64,000 nucleotides of DNA. Origin: a candidate division FCPU426 bacterium. Its GTDB lineage: Bacteria; Oederibacteriota; Muellerivitia; Muellerivitales; Muellerivitaceae. Position 1 is the first letter of the stretch; each line of letters starts with the position of its first letter. The stretch covers positions 32,001-96,000 of the forward strand of contig CAWCKJ010000004.1 of the NCBI GenBank assembly GCA_963796105.1, read 5' to 3'. A model generated the notes under the pieces. It ran no database searches and was not told the DNA's origin. It was given only the letters and a program-made list of their open reading frames with translations. Both the position numbers and the translations under genes were made by a program. Below, in pieces: positions 36,386 through 48,107 of the stretch.

Positions 36386-39300
36386 TTAATGGATAACAGC
36401 AATTTTACCTGTAAACTTATGAGAGTTAGTATTTAAAACGTAGATATATATACCACTAGCGACCATCTGGCCCGATTGATTATGAACCGGCCAATTGAGT
36501 GTATTTAATCCTTGTACGCCTTGAAAATCCGCTTTGTAAATCTTCTCCCCCATAAGATTGAATAATTGCAAATGAACCTGTGCTGCGGTTGGCAATGAAA
36601 TATTGAAATGTACTGGCTCCCCATTTTTTGAAATGTTCGGAGCCGTTACTATGGAAATGGTTCCAATAGTGGGGGTGGATGTAACAGTAGGTGTCAGAGT
36701 AGAGCTTGGTTTAGAAATTACTTCGGAAACTCCTAATACTGAATTGGAAGTACCTGTGCCGGTCGCACATGCAAACGTGCGAATACTTTCTGTACTTGCC
36801 ACGTAGAGAACTCCTCCTATTGCCTGTAAAGCCAATGGCGAAATACTATTAATAAGGCAAGGTGATTGTCCAATAGTGGTCATATTTGGTTCACCAAGTA
36901 CAACATCTGCTGGAGGATTGGTAGTTCCAGTAGGTATGTTGTTGTAAACCAAAACTCTTTCATTGACGTTATCTGCGATGAAAAGCTGGCAGTTATTGGC
37001 ACTTACCGCATATGGCATGGCCAAGCCATTAGCCGAAGTATTCAGCGAGTTGGTTGTAAAACTGCTCTGGCCCACAACCCCGTCAGCCGTTACACCCGCG
37101 CTATTCGGAGGCAAAGAATCAATACCAAGACCGGCATTGTTGTAAATCAAAACGCGGTTGTTGTACATATCAGTCACGAAAAGGCTTCCGTTATAGACGC
37201 ATATTCCATAAGGATCGCTTAAGGTTTGGCCTGATGTGCCACTATCAGAACTTGTAAAATCAGGCTGTCCAATTACTTCATTTGCGGGGGCGTTGTTTGT
37301 CACTGGCAACGAGTTGTAAATTAAAACCCTGTTGTTATAGGCATCTGCGATAAACAACCTTTGGCCATCGTAAAAAACTCCCCATGGATCATTTAGGGTA
37401 TTCGGACCTTCAGATCCTCCCTGATTTACCCCATTGTTTGTCATATTAATCTGGCCTATGACCACATTCGCCGAACCGTTGGTGACAGGTAGGTTGTTGA
37501 CGTTCCAATAGATGAGAACACGGTTATTTGCCCGGTCGGCAACGATCAAAGTGGTCCCGTTACTCCAAACTCCTTCGGGATTCGCCAATGTATTAGCGTC
37601 CACTGCGCCACCTTGATTTGAATTGTTGCTCGCAAAGCTAGATTGACCTATTACGATAGTAGCCGCAGGTTGGTTGGAAGAAGGAATGGGGCTGTAAACC
37701 ATGACTCGGTTGTTTTCAGTATCACCAACTATGAGATCATTCCCCGCTTGAAAAACTCCCTCTGGATGAAGCAATGAAGTGGCGCTAAGGGTTTGAGTAA
37801 CACAAGTGGATAAATCAGGCTCCCCAATTTCCCAGCTAGGGTTCTGGTCCGTAGTCAGTAAACAAGGGTTACATGTAGGAGTTATTGTAGGTGTAGATGT
37901 TTGCATTATTGTTGGGGTGTAAGTATTAGTAATTGTTGGAGTAAATGTTGACGTGTTAGTTGGTGTCTTGGTTGGCGTAATTGTTGACGTGTAAGTTTTT
38001 GTAATTGTAGGCGTGTTAGTCTTGGTAGGCGTCCGCGTGAAGGTTGGGGTTTGAGTCAGCGTGGCAGTATGCGATCCAGTGGGAGTAACCGTAGGTGATC
38101 GAGTTGGAGTTCTGGTAATTGTCGGTGTATAGGTTTTTGTGGGTGTTCCCGTGTTAGTGGGGGTGCCAGTTTTAGTTGGTGTTCGAGTAATTGTTGGAGT
38201 GTTAGTTATCGTAGGTGTTTTGGTTCTGGTATTGGTAGGTGTTGGACTCATCGTAATTGTGGGGGTTCTTGTTTTTGTAATTGTAGGAGTATTTGTTGGT
38301 GAAAGAGTTCTCGTTGGGCTTATAGTCCAAGTAGGGGTTTTGGTTGGTGTGCTTGTTATTGTTGGTGTATAGGTCCGAGTGGACGTGAGAGTTATTGTAG
38401 GAGTATTTGTAATCGTGGGGGTTGGGGTAGAGGTGTATGTCGGTGTCATAGTCGAAGTGTCGGTCCAAGAATATGTTGGAGTCGGTGTGGGTGTATTCGA
38501 AGGGGTTGTAGTTGGAGTTGGGGAAGGTGTAATCGTTGGCGTAGGCGTAGGAGTGATCGTGGGCGTGTCGGTGGGTGTAAGAGTTGGCGTATCGGTCAAT
38601 GTAATAGTTGGTGTTGGAGTTGGTGTATCTGTCGGTGTATCCGTTGGAGTTGGAGTAAAGGTGGTGGTTGGCGTATCAGTCGTTGTTGGAGTTTGTGTTG
38701 GTGTATTTGTGGGCGTTGGAGAAGGTGTCAAAGTCATAGTGTTTGAGAATGTAGGGGAAAATGTGGGTGTCGGTGATGAAGTATGTGAAGGCGTCGGTGT
38801 AATCGTCGGCGTAAACGAAGGTGTGGGTGTTGGAGTATTAGTTACAGTCGGAGTCCAAGTTGTCGTTGGGGTAATGGTAAAGGTTGGTGTATTAGTAAAA
38901 GTGGCAGTAGGTGTTGGGGGTGTTGGTGTGGGATAAAAAGTGCAACTGCCTATTAAGCCCTCCTTGAAATGTTCTCTAAAATAAAAACCATAATCTTGAT
39001 ACTGTGCCACGAAACCGTATGTACCCCATACCCATGAAATGGCAGCACCGCTTGATGTGGTTAAATTGAACCCCCAAATACCGCCACTGCCTGAATACAA
39101 ACCTACAGTCCACGTACTATCCTCGACGTAAGAAACTTGAGTCCAATCCGGATACGGGGACGTTGGCGGAGTCGGGGTAGGAGAATAAGTTGCAGGATAG
39201 AAAGGAGCTGGATGAACTTTAGTATTACATCCATCACTCATGATGTCTTGCGCAGATGGGCAGAAAAGACCCGGAGCATATGTGATACGCAAATCCCATG

Positions 39301-39643
39301 TTAATCCGGACAAATCGCCATATTTATCCGTACCATAGACCGCCAGCACATTGTCCCCCGGATAGGAGTTTAAATATCCTAATTGAGTGGCGTTTAACAC
39401 ATAAGTGGTCGTAACCCCATGACAACTCGGGTTGTTATCATTTGGATGGTCGCAGGAAAATATAAATTGACCATTGAGATAAAAATACGCAGCGTCATCC
39501 GCGGCAAAATACAACGTAGCACCAGTGACAGTACACGCCTGGGAATAACAACGTTGAGGAAATTGAAACAAAAATAATATGGACAACAATAAAAATAAAA
39601 TAAAGCTATCACAACCGAATCCCAGTCCTCTATAAATTTTCAT
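36386..39643 (-). CDS. Large secreted protein: N-terminal lectin-like domain, long Thr/Pro linker, NHL-repeat propeller, C-terminal FlgD/T9SS-like sorting domain
   Basis: ADD..YLNG, about 350-aa (TP)n tract, repeated AD..NNRVLIY..VIGQ, terminal APN...FNLMGE...ASGIYIY. Confidence 0.85.
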   Translation of the reverse strand: MKIYRGLGFGCDSFILFLLLSILFLFQFPQRCYSQACTVTGATLYFAADDAAYFYLNGQFIFSCDHPNDNNPSCHGVTTTYVLNATQLGYLNSYPGDNVLAVYGTDKYGDLSGLTWDLRITYAPGLFCPSAQDIMSDGCNTKVHPAPFYPATYSPTPTPPTSPYPDWTQVSYVEDSTWTVGLYSGSGGIWGFNLTTSSGAAISWVWGTYGFVAQYQDYGFYFREHFKEGLIGSCTFYPTPTPPTPTATFTNTPTFTITPTTTWTPTVTNTPTPTPSFTPTITPTPSHTSSPTPTFSPTFSNTMTLTPSPTPTNTPTQTPTTTDTPTTTFTPTPTDTPTDTPTPTPTITLTDTPTLTPTDTPTITPTPTPTITPSPTPTTTPSNTPTPTPTYSWTDTSTMTPTYTSTPTPTITNTPTITLTSTRTYTPTITSTPTKTPTWTISPTRTLSPTNTPTITKTRTPTITMSPTPTNTRTKTPTITNTPTITRTPTKTGTPTNTGTPTKTYTPTITRTPTRSPTVTPTGSHTATLTQTPTFTRTPTKTNTPTITKTYTSTITPTKTPTNTSTFTPTITNTYTPTIMQTSTPTITPTCNPCLLTTDQNPSWEIGEPDLSTCVTQTLSATSLLHPEGVFQAGNDLIVGDTENNRVMVYSPIPSSNQPAATIVIGQSSFASNNSNQGGAVDANTLANPEGVWSNGTTLIVADRANNRVLIYWNVNNLPVTNGSANVVIGQINMTNNGVNQGGSEGPNTLNDPWGVFYDGQRLFIADAYNNRVLIYNSLPVTNNAPANEVIGQPDFTSSDSGTSGQTLSDPYGICVYNGSLFVTDMYNNRVLIYNNAGLGIDSLPPNSAGVTADGVVGQSSFTTNSLNTSANGLAMPYAVSANNCQLFIADNVNERVLVYNNIPTGTTNPPADVVLGEPNMTTIGQSPCLINSISPLALQAIGGVLYVASTESIRTFACATGTGTSNSVLGVSEVISKPSSTLTPTVTSTPTIGTISIVTAPNISKNGEPVHFNISLPTAAQVHLQLFNLMGEKIYKADFQGVQGLNTLNWPVHNQSGQMVASGIYIYVLNTNSHKFTGKIAVIH

Positions 39644-39897
39644 CGCAGAATCTTCTTTCCGCAAAATATATTCAGATTGATGGGCATATTTTTCACGTAA
39701 ACCAACACGGATGTTATTCTTTTAAAAGAACGGAAACAATAAAATTAACGTAAAAAGCATTCTCGAAAATCAGATTTCTATTTTTGTTGTATTTTTGTCC
39801 GATTTAACGTGTTTTATTACTGTTCACTCGTTAAATCACCGTTCGTGGGATTATCAACAATTTTCAAGGGGAGTATTAAAGAACAACCGGGTCTGAA

Positions 39898-40620
39898 TTA
39901 TTCTACGATCTTATATTTCTTCCTGATTTCCGGCTCGGGAAGGGCGTTGTAATGCCACCATTCATGGGAAAGCTGGAGGAACCCAGCCTCGGTCATGACT
40001 TTTCTTAGGATTAAACGGTTCTCGTATTGTTTTTTGGTTAGCTTTCCCTCTTTTAAGAATTCTTCCTCCATGCGCGGTTCAGATAAATCAGTGAAAGAAT
40101 CAAACCCCGTGCCCATATCCAGTTCTTTCCCTTTCCCGTCCAATAGACTTATATCCAAAGCCATTCCATAGTTGTGGGGTGAGCCAATCTCGGCGTTGGC
40201 CACGTATTTGCGCTGGGGCGTGTCCTTCACCCTGTTCCACATGATCCACTGCACCGAATGGGGCCTGAGAGCATCGAACACGATGAAAGACCAACCCGGT
40301 TTTTGCTTTTCAAGAATTTCAACCGCCTTCCGGAACTTGACCGCTGCGTCATGGTGGAGAAACGCTTTATTAAAAGGCCCATAAAGGTCAAAACCCATGA
40401 AATTATCGGGGGTGGCGTATTTCAAATGGATGACGACATGTTTCAAAGTCGCGAGATTAACGTAATGTTTATCGGCTTCAAGGTTTTTCAAGGAATCCGC
40501 CGGTGATATAGTTTTTAGAGGCTTAGAGTATCTCTGGTTCTTTTGATTCGAGTCGGCAATGACAGGGGAACATAAGAGAGCGAAAGAAAGAATAAAAAGA
40601 AGCCATTTCGTTTTCATCAA
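39898..40620 (-). CDS. ddpX: D-alanyl-D-alanine dipeptidase (M15D, VanX/DdpX family)
   Basis: YAT.DNF, DALRP, S.HNYG.A.D, DMGTGFD, EWWHY. Confidence 0.9.
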   Translation of the reverse strand: MMKTKWLLFILSFALLCSPVIADSNQKNQRYSKPLKTISPADSLKNLEADKHYVNLATLKHVVIHLKYATPDNFMGFDLYGPFNKAFLHHDAAVKFRKAVEILEKQKPGWSFIVFDALRPHSVQWIMWNRVKDTPQRKYVANAEIGSPHNYGMALDISLLDGKGKELDMGTGFDSFTDLSEPRMEEEFLKEGKLTKKQYENRLILRKVMTEAGFLQLSHEWWHYNALPEPEIRKKYKIVE

Positions 40621-40635
40621 AACCTTTCCCGCCTC

Positions 40636-41112
40636 TTAACGCGGGGGTCCATTCACCTGTTCCACCGCCTGGCGGATCACGGGTTTCAAGACATCCAAAG
40701 CGTCCTTGGTGGCGGTAGGAGTTCCCGGCAGATTGATAATCAGTGTCTTTCCGCGGATTCCCGCGGCTCCCCTGGTGAGGGAATTCGTTGGCGTTTTTTC
40801 ATAGGCCTTCACCCGGATGATTTCAGCCAGGCCCGGGATCCATTTCTCACATACCTGGTACATGGCCTCCGGGACATGGTCTTTTTCCAGGATACCAATG
40901 CCATCCACGGTGAAAACCAAATCCACGCTTCCGCTGTCCACCACCTGGCAGAGGTATTGGACCACTTCATCCTGGCTGTCCCCCAAGGTATGCCTTTGAA
41001 CCAGTTCCCAGCCCATCTTCCGGCAGGTGGTATCCAGGATTTCACCGCATTCGTCATTGGCCCCGGAAAGATATCGGTCCCCGACTGTCAGAACGACGAC
41101 TCGAATGGCCAT
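40636..41112 (-). CDS. MogA/MoaB family molybdenum cofactor biosynthesis protein
   Basis: VLTVGD, D..PEA, RGAAGIRGKTLIINLPG; canonical TTGGTG is altered to TVDGIG. Confidence 0.82.
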   Translation of the reverse strand: MAIRVVVLTVGDRYLSGANDECGEILDTTCRKMGWELVQRHTLGDSQDEVVQYLCQVVDSGSVDLVFTVDGIGILEKDHVPEAMYQVCEKWIPGLAEIIRVKAYEKTPTNSLTRGAAGIRGKTLIINLPGTPTATKDALDVLKPVIRQAVEQVNGPPR

Positions 41113-41603
41113 GATGGTTTCTCCTTTGACAAAATCAGGGAATAACTATTTCAATCTGAATCTCTGGGTTATTTTTGCTCTTTCGCACCTGCCATTCAAT
41201 CTTTTTGGAGTATTTAATAAAAGCTTTAACCCCAGCTGTGCTTCGCACAGCACAGAGACACAGTTCAAATTTTTGGCGCAAACATAAAACACAATAACTT
41301 TCACACCTTCCAAAATCGACTCTAGCCACAGATGCATGGGATACATGGAATTTAAAGAACGTAAGTTTAAAACCTTTTTTCTAGAGTCTATCCGAGTGCA
41401 TCCCCTGAATCCGTGCCCGATTATCCATAAAAATATATTGAGATCGGTACTGTACCAGCCTCCTTCAGCTGCCTTATGGTAGGCTGGCACGTAGCAAAGG
41501 AAATGCCCGGTTTTCTTCTTCAACAACGTGTCTAACTCTTTTTACCGAGAACTCCGTGGTCCTCGAAGAGGACCTGTGGTGAAATTGAACCTATTGAATT
41601 TTT

Positions 41604-43634
41604 TCACTTGGCTACCACCGGGACTGAGGACTGAGCCCGGGCAATGCATTGTTGGGCCAGGTCCTTTTCCCCCGCTTTGTCATAAACAGTTCCCATCAAC
41701 TGGAGCACCTGGGGATTCGAGGGATTCAGGTCCGAAGCAGATTTCAGCATCTCTAGCGCTTCCGGCTTTTCCTTGAGGTCCAAATATAGATCCGCGAGTT
41801 TCAGGAAGAAAACGGGTTCCTTGGGATTGACCATGATTCCTTTCTTGTAAGCCGCGACCGCCTCCTGCGTTCTTCCCAGCTTTTGGTACATGGAAGCCAG
41901 CGTGTCCAGGTAATCGGGCTTGAAGGGATCCAGCCGGCAGGCGGTTTGAAAAGCCGCCTCCGCGTCCTTGACGGAACCCATGTCGAAATAGCTCACGCCC
42001 ATGTCGAAATAGGCCAGGGCGTTGTCCGGTTCCTCTTTCACATCCTCCCGGGTCTCTTCCAGGGCCTCTTTCGTCGAACCTTGGCGCTTGTAGCAATACC
42101 AGAGATCATGGCGTAACTGCACCTGGGACAACTCCTTGGTCGCGGTGTTGATTTTGATGGCTTCCTTCAGCTCCATAATCGCCTCGTCAATTCTTCCCTC
42201 GATCATATAGGCGTAGGCAATCCGCTCATGGACCGCGGCCTGGGCCGGGAGAATGCCAGCAGCGCGTTTGTATTGATTCAAGGCCTCATCCGTTTTTCCA
42301 GCGTTCAAGAGGAGATTACCGTTATTAAGAAGGACGTCCCGGGTCTCCGCCGGATAAACCCTCGTGAGACTGTCCCATAAGGTTTGCGCGCTTTTCCAAA
42401 TCCCGATCTGCCCCAATGTCCCAAAACCCAGAAGCAAGGCCATGAGGGTGATCAGGACCCCGAAATTCTTCTTGTTCCCGGAAAACAAAAACGCCGCTCC
42501 AGCCGAAAAAGGCAGGAACAAACCCAGGCTGGGAAGGTAGGTGTAGCGGTCCCCCGCCGCGAAGCTTCCGATTTGGACAAACCCGATGACCGGCGCGAGG
42601 GTGATCAGGAAATAAATCCATGCCGCTGGCAGGAAAGGAAATTTTTGCTTGTAATAATAACAAGCGAGCGAGATCAAGATGACCACCAGGCCCCCCAGGG
42701 CCGATTCCAGGTAATAAGCCGCGCCCATTAAGTGGGGGAATGGGTAAACCGGCACCAATTCCATCGGCACGGCCATTTTATAAATATAAAAACCCAAGGA
42801 ATGGCAGACGTGGACCATCCGGAGCCAGGGGGAAAAATTCGGGTTTATCATTTTGATTTGGCCCATTTCCAACCGGGTCACTAGGCTGAACGAGAGGGCC
42901 AAGACAAAGAAGGGTATTTTTTCCACGAGCACCTTCCGGGGATCGGGCTGGAAGCGCCGAAGGGGCCAAAAATCCAGGATCAGCAAAACCAAAGGCAAGG
43001 TGATGGCCATGGGTTTGGACATTAAAGATAGGAGGTAAAAACCCAGACAGGCATAGAGTTTCCATTTCCGGTCCAAAGATTTCCCGTAATCCAAATAGGA
43101 AAGGAGGGCCAGGAGGAAAAAGAAGGCGTAAAGAACGTCTTTTCTTTCGGTTGCCCACGCCACGGATTCCACATGGATGGGATGAAGGCCGAATAGAAGG
43201 GCCGTCAATATTGCCGCAGGAATTTCCAATCCCCTTAGGCCTTCCAATCCGCCTGAATCCAAGACCGCAGGCGCCGACCCCAAAAGCCTCCGGCTGATGA
43301 GGAAAACCAGGAAAGTGTTCAGGACGTGGATCAAGGCATTGGTGAAGTGGTATATCCAGGGGTTCAAACCGGCTATCGAATAGTTCACGGCGTCGGAAAG
43401 CCAGGTCAGGGGCATCCAATAGCCGGCGAGATTCGTCGTGAACATCCAGCGCAGTGAAGAGAACCCCAAGGATCGGATACCAGGGTTGTTAGTGATATTC
43501 TCGGGATCATCCAGGTCGATGAAACCGTTGTCCAGGACGGGAAGGTAAAATAGCACCACCGCCAGAACCGGGATAAGGCCGTAAACCCAGTCCGGAAATT
43601 TAGCGTTGGATGCTGGTTTTATTTTCGACTCCAA
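41604..43634 (-). CDS. TMTC-like membrane glycosyltransferase with multiple TPRs
   Basis: LDD..NI..N, HPIHVESVAWATERKD, DRYTYLP; paralogue of 29270-31057; TTG start inferred from RBS. Confidence 0.85.
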   Translation of the reverse strand: MESKIKPASNAKFPDWVYGLIPVLAVVLFYLPVLDNGFIDLDDPENITNNPGIRSLGFSSLRWMFTTNLAGYWMPLTWLSDAVNYSIAGLNPWIYHFTNALIHVLNTFLVFLISRRLLGSAPAVLDSGGLEGLRGLEIPAAILTALLFGLHPIHVESVAWATERKDVLYAFFFLLALLSYLDYGKSLDRKWKLYACLGFYLLSLMSKPMAITLPLVLLILDFWPLRRFQPDPRKVLVEKIPFFVLALSFSLVTRLEMGQIKMINPNFSPWLRMVHVCHSLGFYIYKMAVPMELVPVYPFPHLMGAAYYLESALGGLVVILISLACYYYKQKFPFLPAAWIYFLITLAPVIGFVQIGSFAAGDRYTYLPSLGLFLPFSAGAAFLFSGNKKNFGVLITLMALLLGFGTLGQIGIWKSAQTLWDSLTRVYPAETRDVLLNNGNLLLNAGKTDEALNQYKRAAGILPAQAAVHERIAYAYMIEGRIDEAIMELKEAIKINTATKELSQVQLRHDLWYCYKRQGSTKEALEETREDVKEEPDNALAYFDMGVSYFDMGSVKDAEAAFQTACRLDPFKPDYLDTLASMYQKLGRTQEAVAAYKKGIMVNPKEPVFFLKLADLYLDLKEKPEALEMLKSASDLNPSNPQVLQLMGTVYDKAGEKDLAQQCIARAQSSVPVVAK

Positions 43635-43721
43635 ATTCCCCTCCGATCTTTGCCCTGATACCCCGAATAAAACTTCGTTTGAGTATAATAAAGTATCGTC
43701 TGACCCAAGAAAAAGGAATTC

Positions 43722-45914
43722 ATGACCAACCCTACGATCCGCCGAACCGCCTCCCTCTTCTTTTTTATATCCGGATTTTGCGGTCTTCTCTACCAGGTCG
43801 TCTGGGTGCGCCTTGCCTTCGCCCATTTCGGGATCACCACCCACGTTCTCTCGGTGGTTCTCTCGATTTTCATGGTGGGACTGGCTCTGGGTTCCTGGGC
43901 CGGGGGCCTTCTTGCCGGCGATTGGCCCAAAAAGGACCGCTCGATCGCCCTATATTATTACGGCACGGCCGAACTGTTGACGGGTCTCGGCGCCTTCTTG
44001 GTCCCCCTCCTTTACGAGTGGGGAAGCTCTTCCTTGCTCCCGATGGACAACATGGAGGCCGGTTCCTATCTATCCTCTTCCGCCGCCGTCATTTTGATTT
44101 CCCTTTTTCCATGGTGCTTCCTCATGGGCACCACCTTCCCCTTCATGACCGCTTTTCTCAAGACCGCCTTTTCCGCGGAAGAAGGATTTAGTTTTCTTTA
44201 TACCGCAAATGTCTTAGGCGCCATGACAGGAGTCCTGCTCACGGCGGTCGTCCTGATTGAATGCCTGGGATTCCATGGAACATTGTTGGTGGGGGCGTCT
44301 TTGAACGCCCTGGTCGGCCTGGCGTCCCTCTGGTTGGGCCGCAACCTTCCTGGAAATTCACGATCTCCTAAAACCAAAATCCCCCGCCTTATCCCCAAGA
44401 CCGGGACGGCTCAGCCCTCCCTTTCTATTTTAATTCTTTTCACTGCCGGTTTTGTCACCATGGCCCTGGAGGTCGTTTGGACCAGGGCCTTTACCGGAGT
44501 CTTAGGCACCTTTGTTTATTCCTTCGCCGGGCTTTTGTTTTCCTATCTGCTCGCCACTTTTACAGGCTCCCGCCTTTACCGAAAGCATTTGACGCAGGGA
44601 AAATCTTTTTCCACTCCCTCGATCCTTGGAGCCGTCTTTGTTTTTTCCCTTTTGCCTGCCCTTCTCAATGACGCGCGCCTTCCCCAGCATTTCCTGGTTC
44701 CCCTGGCCAGCCTGATGCCCCTCTGCGCGGCATTGGGATACCTCACCCCAAAACTCATCGATGAATTGTCCAAGGGCAATCCTCGCCTGGTTGGAACAGC
44801 CTACGCCTGGAACACCATCGGGTGTGTCCTGGGTCCCCTGGCCTCTTCTTACCTGCTTCTCCCCAAATTTTCCTGTAGGGAGGCCATGATCCTCCTTTCC
44901 CTCCCCCTGGCTTTATTCTTCGCCTACTCCCTCCTGAAAAAATCGAACCGGAAAGCCTGGACCACCGCTCGGGCCATGGTTTCCTCGGTTCTTTTCATTT
45001 CGGTTCTTTTCGCGCGGGATAAGGAGGAGGGTTACCGCCATCTGGACCCCAAGGCCGTAGTTCACCGAGATTTCGCGGCTGACACCGTGGCTTCCGGCTC
45101 GGGGATGAACAAGGAACTACACGTGAACGGCGTCTCGGTCACGGGTCTTCTGATTCAAACCAAGATCATGGCCCACCTGCCCATGGCCCTGCTCGCCCAC
45201 CAGCCCCGGTCGGTTTTGGACATCTGCTTCGGGATGGGCACCACCTTCCGTTCCCTGATCAGCTGGGGTGTTCCCGTCACGGGGGTGGAGCTGGTCCCGG
45301 GGGTCCTTCGGTCCTTTCCCTTCTTCTATTCCGACGCCATATCCGTTGTTTCCCGTCCGGGCGTCCACGTAGCGGCGGATGACGGAAGGCGGTTCCTCCA
45401 AAGGACCCAAGATTCTTTCGACGTCATCACTATCGATCCCCCGCCGCCCGCGGAAGCGGCCGGGTCCAGCCTGCTATATTCCACCGGTTTTTACGAGCTG
45501 GCTAAAAGGCACCTGACCCAGGACGGGATTCTCCAGCAATGGATTCCCACGGCTGAATTCAAAATCACCCAGGCTGTGGCGCGGTCCCTCAGCCTTTCCT
45601 TCCCCTACGTCCGGGCTTTCGCTTATTCCCATAATGGCGGATGCCATTTCATCGCGTCCTTGTCCCCGATTCCCGTCATTTCCGCGGGGGAGATGGTCCA
45701 AAAAATGCCCCCCGAGGCCAAAAAAGACCTGGTTGAGTGGTCGCCAGGCCAGAAACCAGAAGATATTTTCAACTCCTACCTCTCCCAAGAGGTGGATCCC
45801 AAAAAAATGTTGAACAAGGATCCAGGCGTGGTGGTGACCGACGACCGGCCCTATAACGAGTATTTCCTGCTCAGGAGGCTCGCGACCGGTCTTGGCCTTT
45901 CTCCCCAACCTTAA
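43722..45914 (+). CDS. Fused membrane domain / spermidine synthase-like methyltransferase
   Basis: SGFCGLLYQVVW.R, ALEVVWTR, CFGMGTT, VELVP, DDGRRFL, DVITIDPPPP, TDDRP. Confidence 0.88.
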   Translation: MTNPTIRRTASLFFFISGFCGLLYQVVWVRLAFAHFGITTHVLSVVLSIFMVGLALGSWAGGLLAGDWPKKDRSIALYYYGTAELLTGLGAFLVPLLYEWGSSSLLPMDNMEAGSYLSSSAAVILISLFPWCFLMGTTFPFMTAFLKTAFSAEEGFSFLYTANVLGAMTGVLLTAVVLIECLGFHGTLLVGASLNALVGLASLWLGRNLPGNSRSPKTKIPRLIPKTGTAQPSLSILILFTAGFVTMALEVVWTRAFTGVLGTFVYSFAGLLFSYLLATFTGSRLYRKHLTQGKSFSTPSILGAVFVFSLLPALLNDARLPQHFLVPLASLMPLCAALGYLTPKLIDELSKGNPRLVGTAYAWNTIGCVLGPLASSYLLLPKFSCREAMILLSLPLALFFAYSLLKKSNRKAWTTARAMVSSVLFISVLFARDKEEGYRHLDPKAVVHRDFAADTVASGSGMNKELHVNGVSVTGLLIQTKIMAHLPMALLAHQPRSVLDICFGMGTTFRSLISWGVPVTGVELVPGVLRSFPFFYSDAISVVSRPGVHVAADDGRRFLQRTQDSFDVITIDPPPPAEAAGSSLLYSTGFYELAKRHLTQDGILQQWIPTAEFKITQAVARSLSLSFPYVRAFAYSHNGGCHFIASLSPIPVISAGEMVQKMPPEAKKDLVEWSPGQKPEDIFNSYLSQEVDPKKMLNKDPGVVVTDDRPYNEYFLLRRLATGLGLSPQP

Positions 45915-45941
45915 AGCTTCGCCATCCTTTATAATTCTCCA

Positions 45942-47870
45942 ATGGTTTCTAATCCTATGTCTGACGGCACTCCGAGCAAGGCAAACCCAAGCCTTCCCGT
46001 AAAAACAAACCCTTGGGTTTACGCTCTTTTATCCTGCTTCCTTCTGATTGTGGTTTTCAGCGCCAGGCTCATCAACGATTATGACCTGGGCTACCACCTC
46101 AAGGGGGGCCAATGGATCCTGGAAAACCACGCCTTTCCCGCCAAAGACACCTACACCTATAGCGTCCCGGACCATGACTACGTGGACCTCCATTGGCTTT
46201 ACCAAGTTCCTCTCTATCTGCTCTACAAGCTCGGCGGTTATTCCCTACTCTCCCTGGCCAACATCGCCGTCATCCTCCTGGTCTTTTTCATCACCTGCAA
46301 ACGCCTGGCCCTGACGGGGGCCCCCTTGTGGATGCGCGTTTTATTGCTGGGGGTTGTCCTCATCGGCTCTGAAATCCGTTTCCAGGTCAGGCCCGAAATC
46401 CTCAGCTGGCTATTGATGGCCTTGACCCTCTGGATCCTGGAACTGCGGGAAGCCGGCGCAAAGAGCCCGCTCTACCTTCTCATCCCGATCCAGGTAGCCT
46501 GGGCTAATGTAGAAGGCCTCTTTCTCATCGGCTGGGGGTTGATGTTTTTTTTCCTGGTCTCGAGCTTTTTCCATACCCGAAAAACCGATCCGAAACTCAT
46601 GAACGCCTCCGGTCTGGCCGCGGCCTCCTGCTTGTTGAACCCCTATTTCATCAAGGGAGTGGTCTTCCCCTTCACGCTCCTGGCCACGCTCGCCACCTCC
46701 AACCTCTTCAAGTCCACCATCAATGAGTTCCAGTCTCCCTGGACCCTGGCCCGGCAATATCCTTTCCCCCCGGACTGGACCCTCTGGGCTTACGAGGGTT
46801 TTAGTGCTCTCCTTTTAGCTCTCCTCTTGACCAGCCTCAAAAAACGGAAACTTCACGAATGGCTTCTAGTGGTTTCTTTTTTCTACCTTTCCACTACCAG
46901 CCTCCGCAACATCCCGCTTTTCATGCTTTCTTGCGCGCCGATCGCGGCCTCCTGCTGGAAGGACTTGAAGTGGGACCGGCTCCAACGATTCCAGGAGACC
47001 TTGTTTTCCAGGCCCGTCACAGCCTGGGTATTCTCACTTTTCATGCTTGGGCTCTGCCTGAGGGTCGCCTCCAATTCCTATTACATTTCCGAGAGAAGGG
47101 AAGAAAAATCCGGACTGGGGCTGGACCAGGAGGAACAGCCGGTCCAAGCCGCCCAATTCCTGGTCCAGAACCATTTGGACGGGAAAATCCTGAACCACAT
47201 GAACCTCGGGGGTTGGCTGGACTGGACCCTTCCCCAGAAAACCTATATCGACGGCCGGCTGGAGGTGATGGGGGAGAATTTATTCACCGAATATATCGCT
47301 TCCATGAAGCCCGGCGCCCTCGCCCCTCTCCTGTCGAAGTATGGGGCAGAGATCGTTATTTGCAATCCCGAGACCGCTCCCTCCTGGGTGATGGAACAAG
47401 GAAAATCCCCCGATTGGCGGCCCGTTTATTTGGACGAATCGGCGGTGATTTACCTGAAGAAAGGCTACGCCCCGCAAATACCTGAAATGGATGACACGGC
47501 GGTATTGGCGCAAAGAGGTATTTCACCCGTCATCTTGACGGAAACCCAGAGCATTCTGCAAATCCCGAAGCCCTCCTCCTGGACTTGCTTTTGGGAGGAT
47601 TTCTACCATCCCGCCCCTTATCCCACCGGCTTGAACGTTCTCGGGGCCTATTACAACTATTCCAGCCGGTTCGGCCCGGCTGAGATGGTCCAGCTGGACG
47701 TCATCAAGCTGACGGGTGGGAGGTATTACGACTTGTTTTACAACCTTGGGTCCATGTATTACAACGCCAAGCGTCTCGACGAGTCCAAGATCTGCATCCA
47801 GCGGTTCCTGGAAGGCGCCTCCCGCGCCAAGATCGCCCGCCAAATCCGGGCCAACCTCCCACACCATTAA
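45942..47870 (+). CDS. Multi-pass membrane protein, putative GT-C
   Basis: DLGYHLKGGQWI, RPE, YIDGRLEV; paralogue of 34412-36334. Confidence 0.78.
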   Translation: MVSNPMSDGTPSKANPSLPVKTNPWVYALLSCFLLIVVFSARLINDYDLGYHLKGGQWILENHAFPAKDTYTYSVPDHDYVDLHWLYQVPLYLLYKLGGYSLLSLANIAVILLVFFITCKRLALTGAPLWMRVLLLGVVLIGSEIRFQVRPEILSWLLMALTLWILELREAGAKSPLYLLIPIQVAWANVEGLFLIGWGLMFFFLVSSFFHTRKTDPKLMNASGLAAASCLLNPYFIKGVVFPFTLLATLATSNLFKSTINEFQSPWTLARQYPFPPDWTLWAYEGFSALLLALLLTSLKKRKLHEWLLVVSFFYLSTTSLRNIPLFMLSCAPIAASCWKDLKWDRLQRFQETLFSRPVTAWVFSLFMLGLCLRVASNSYYISERREEKSGLGLDQEEQPVQAAQFLVQNHLDGKILNHMNLGGWLDWTLPQKTYIDGRLEVMGENLFTEYIASMKPGALAPLLSKYGAEIVICNPETAPSWVMEQGKSPDWRPVYLDESAVIYLKKGYAPQIPEMDDTAVLAQRGISPVILTETQSILQIPKPSSWTCFWEDFYHPAPYPTGLNVLGAYYNYSSRFGPAEMVQLDVIKLTGGRYYDLFYNLGSMYYNAKRLDESKICIQRFLEGASRAKIARQIRANLPHH

Positions 47871-48107
47871 AACCAACAAACACCCGTTTCACCACAGGGA
47901 CCCAGAGACACAGCTAAATATAATTAGAACCTATCTCAAAATACCTACTTAGCGGACGATAGAAGATACCCACCTTTGAAAAAGGGGGGGAGGGGGGTAT
48001 TAGTTTTTGCTAAACCCAGAAACAAGACTAACTTCCCCTTAATTCCCCTCTTTCAGAGGGGGGGGAAGTACCAACGTCCTAAAAATTCGCTAGTGTTGAG
48101 CAGTAAT

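Noticed and set aside
38139..38936. Val/Gly-rich + strand ORFs
   Set aside because: Antisense shadows of the Thr/Pro linker.
41135..41580. ORFs between mog and the TMTC-like gene
   Set aside because: Overlapping short frames with no recognisable motif; possibly a decayed insert, cannot be called.
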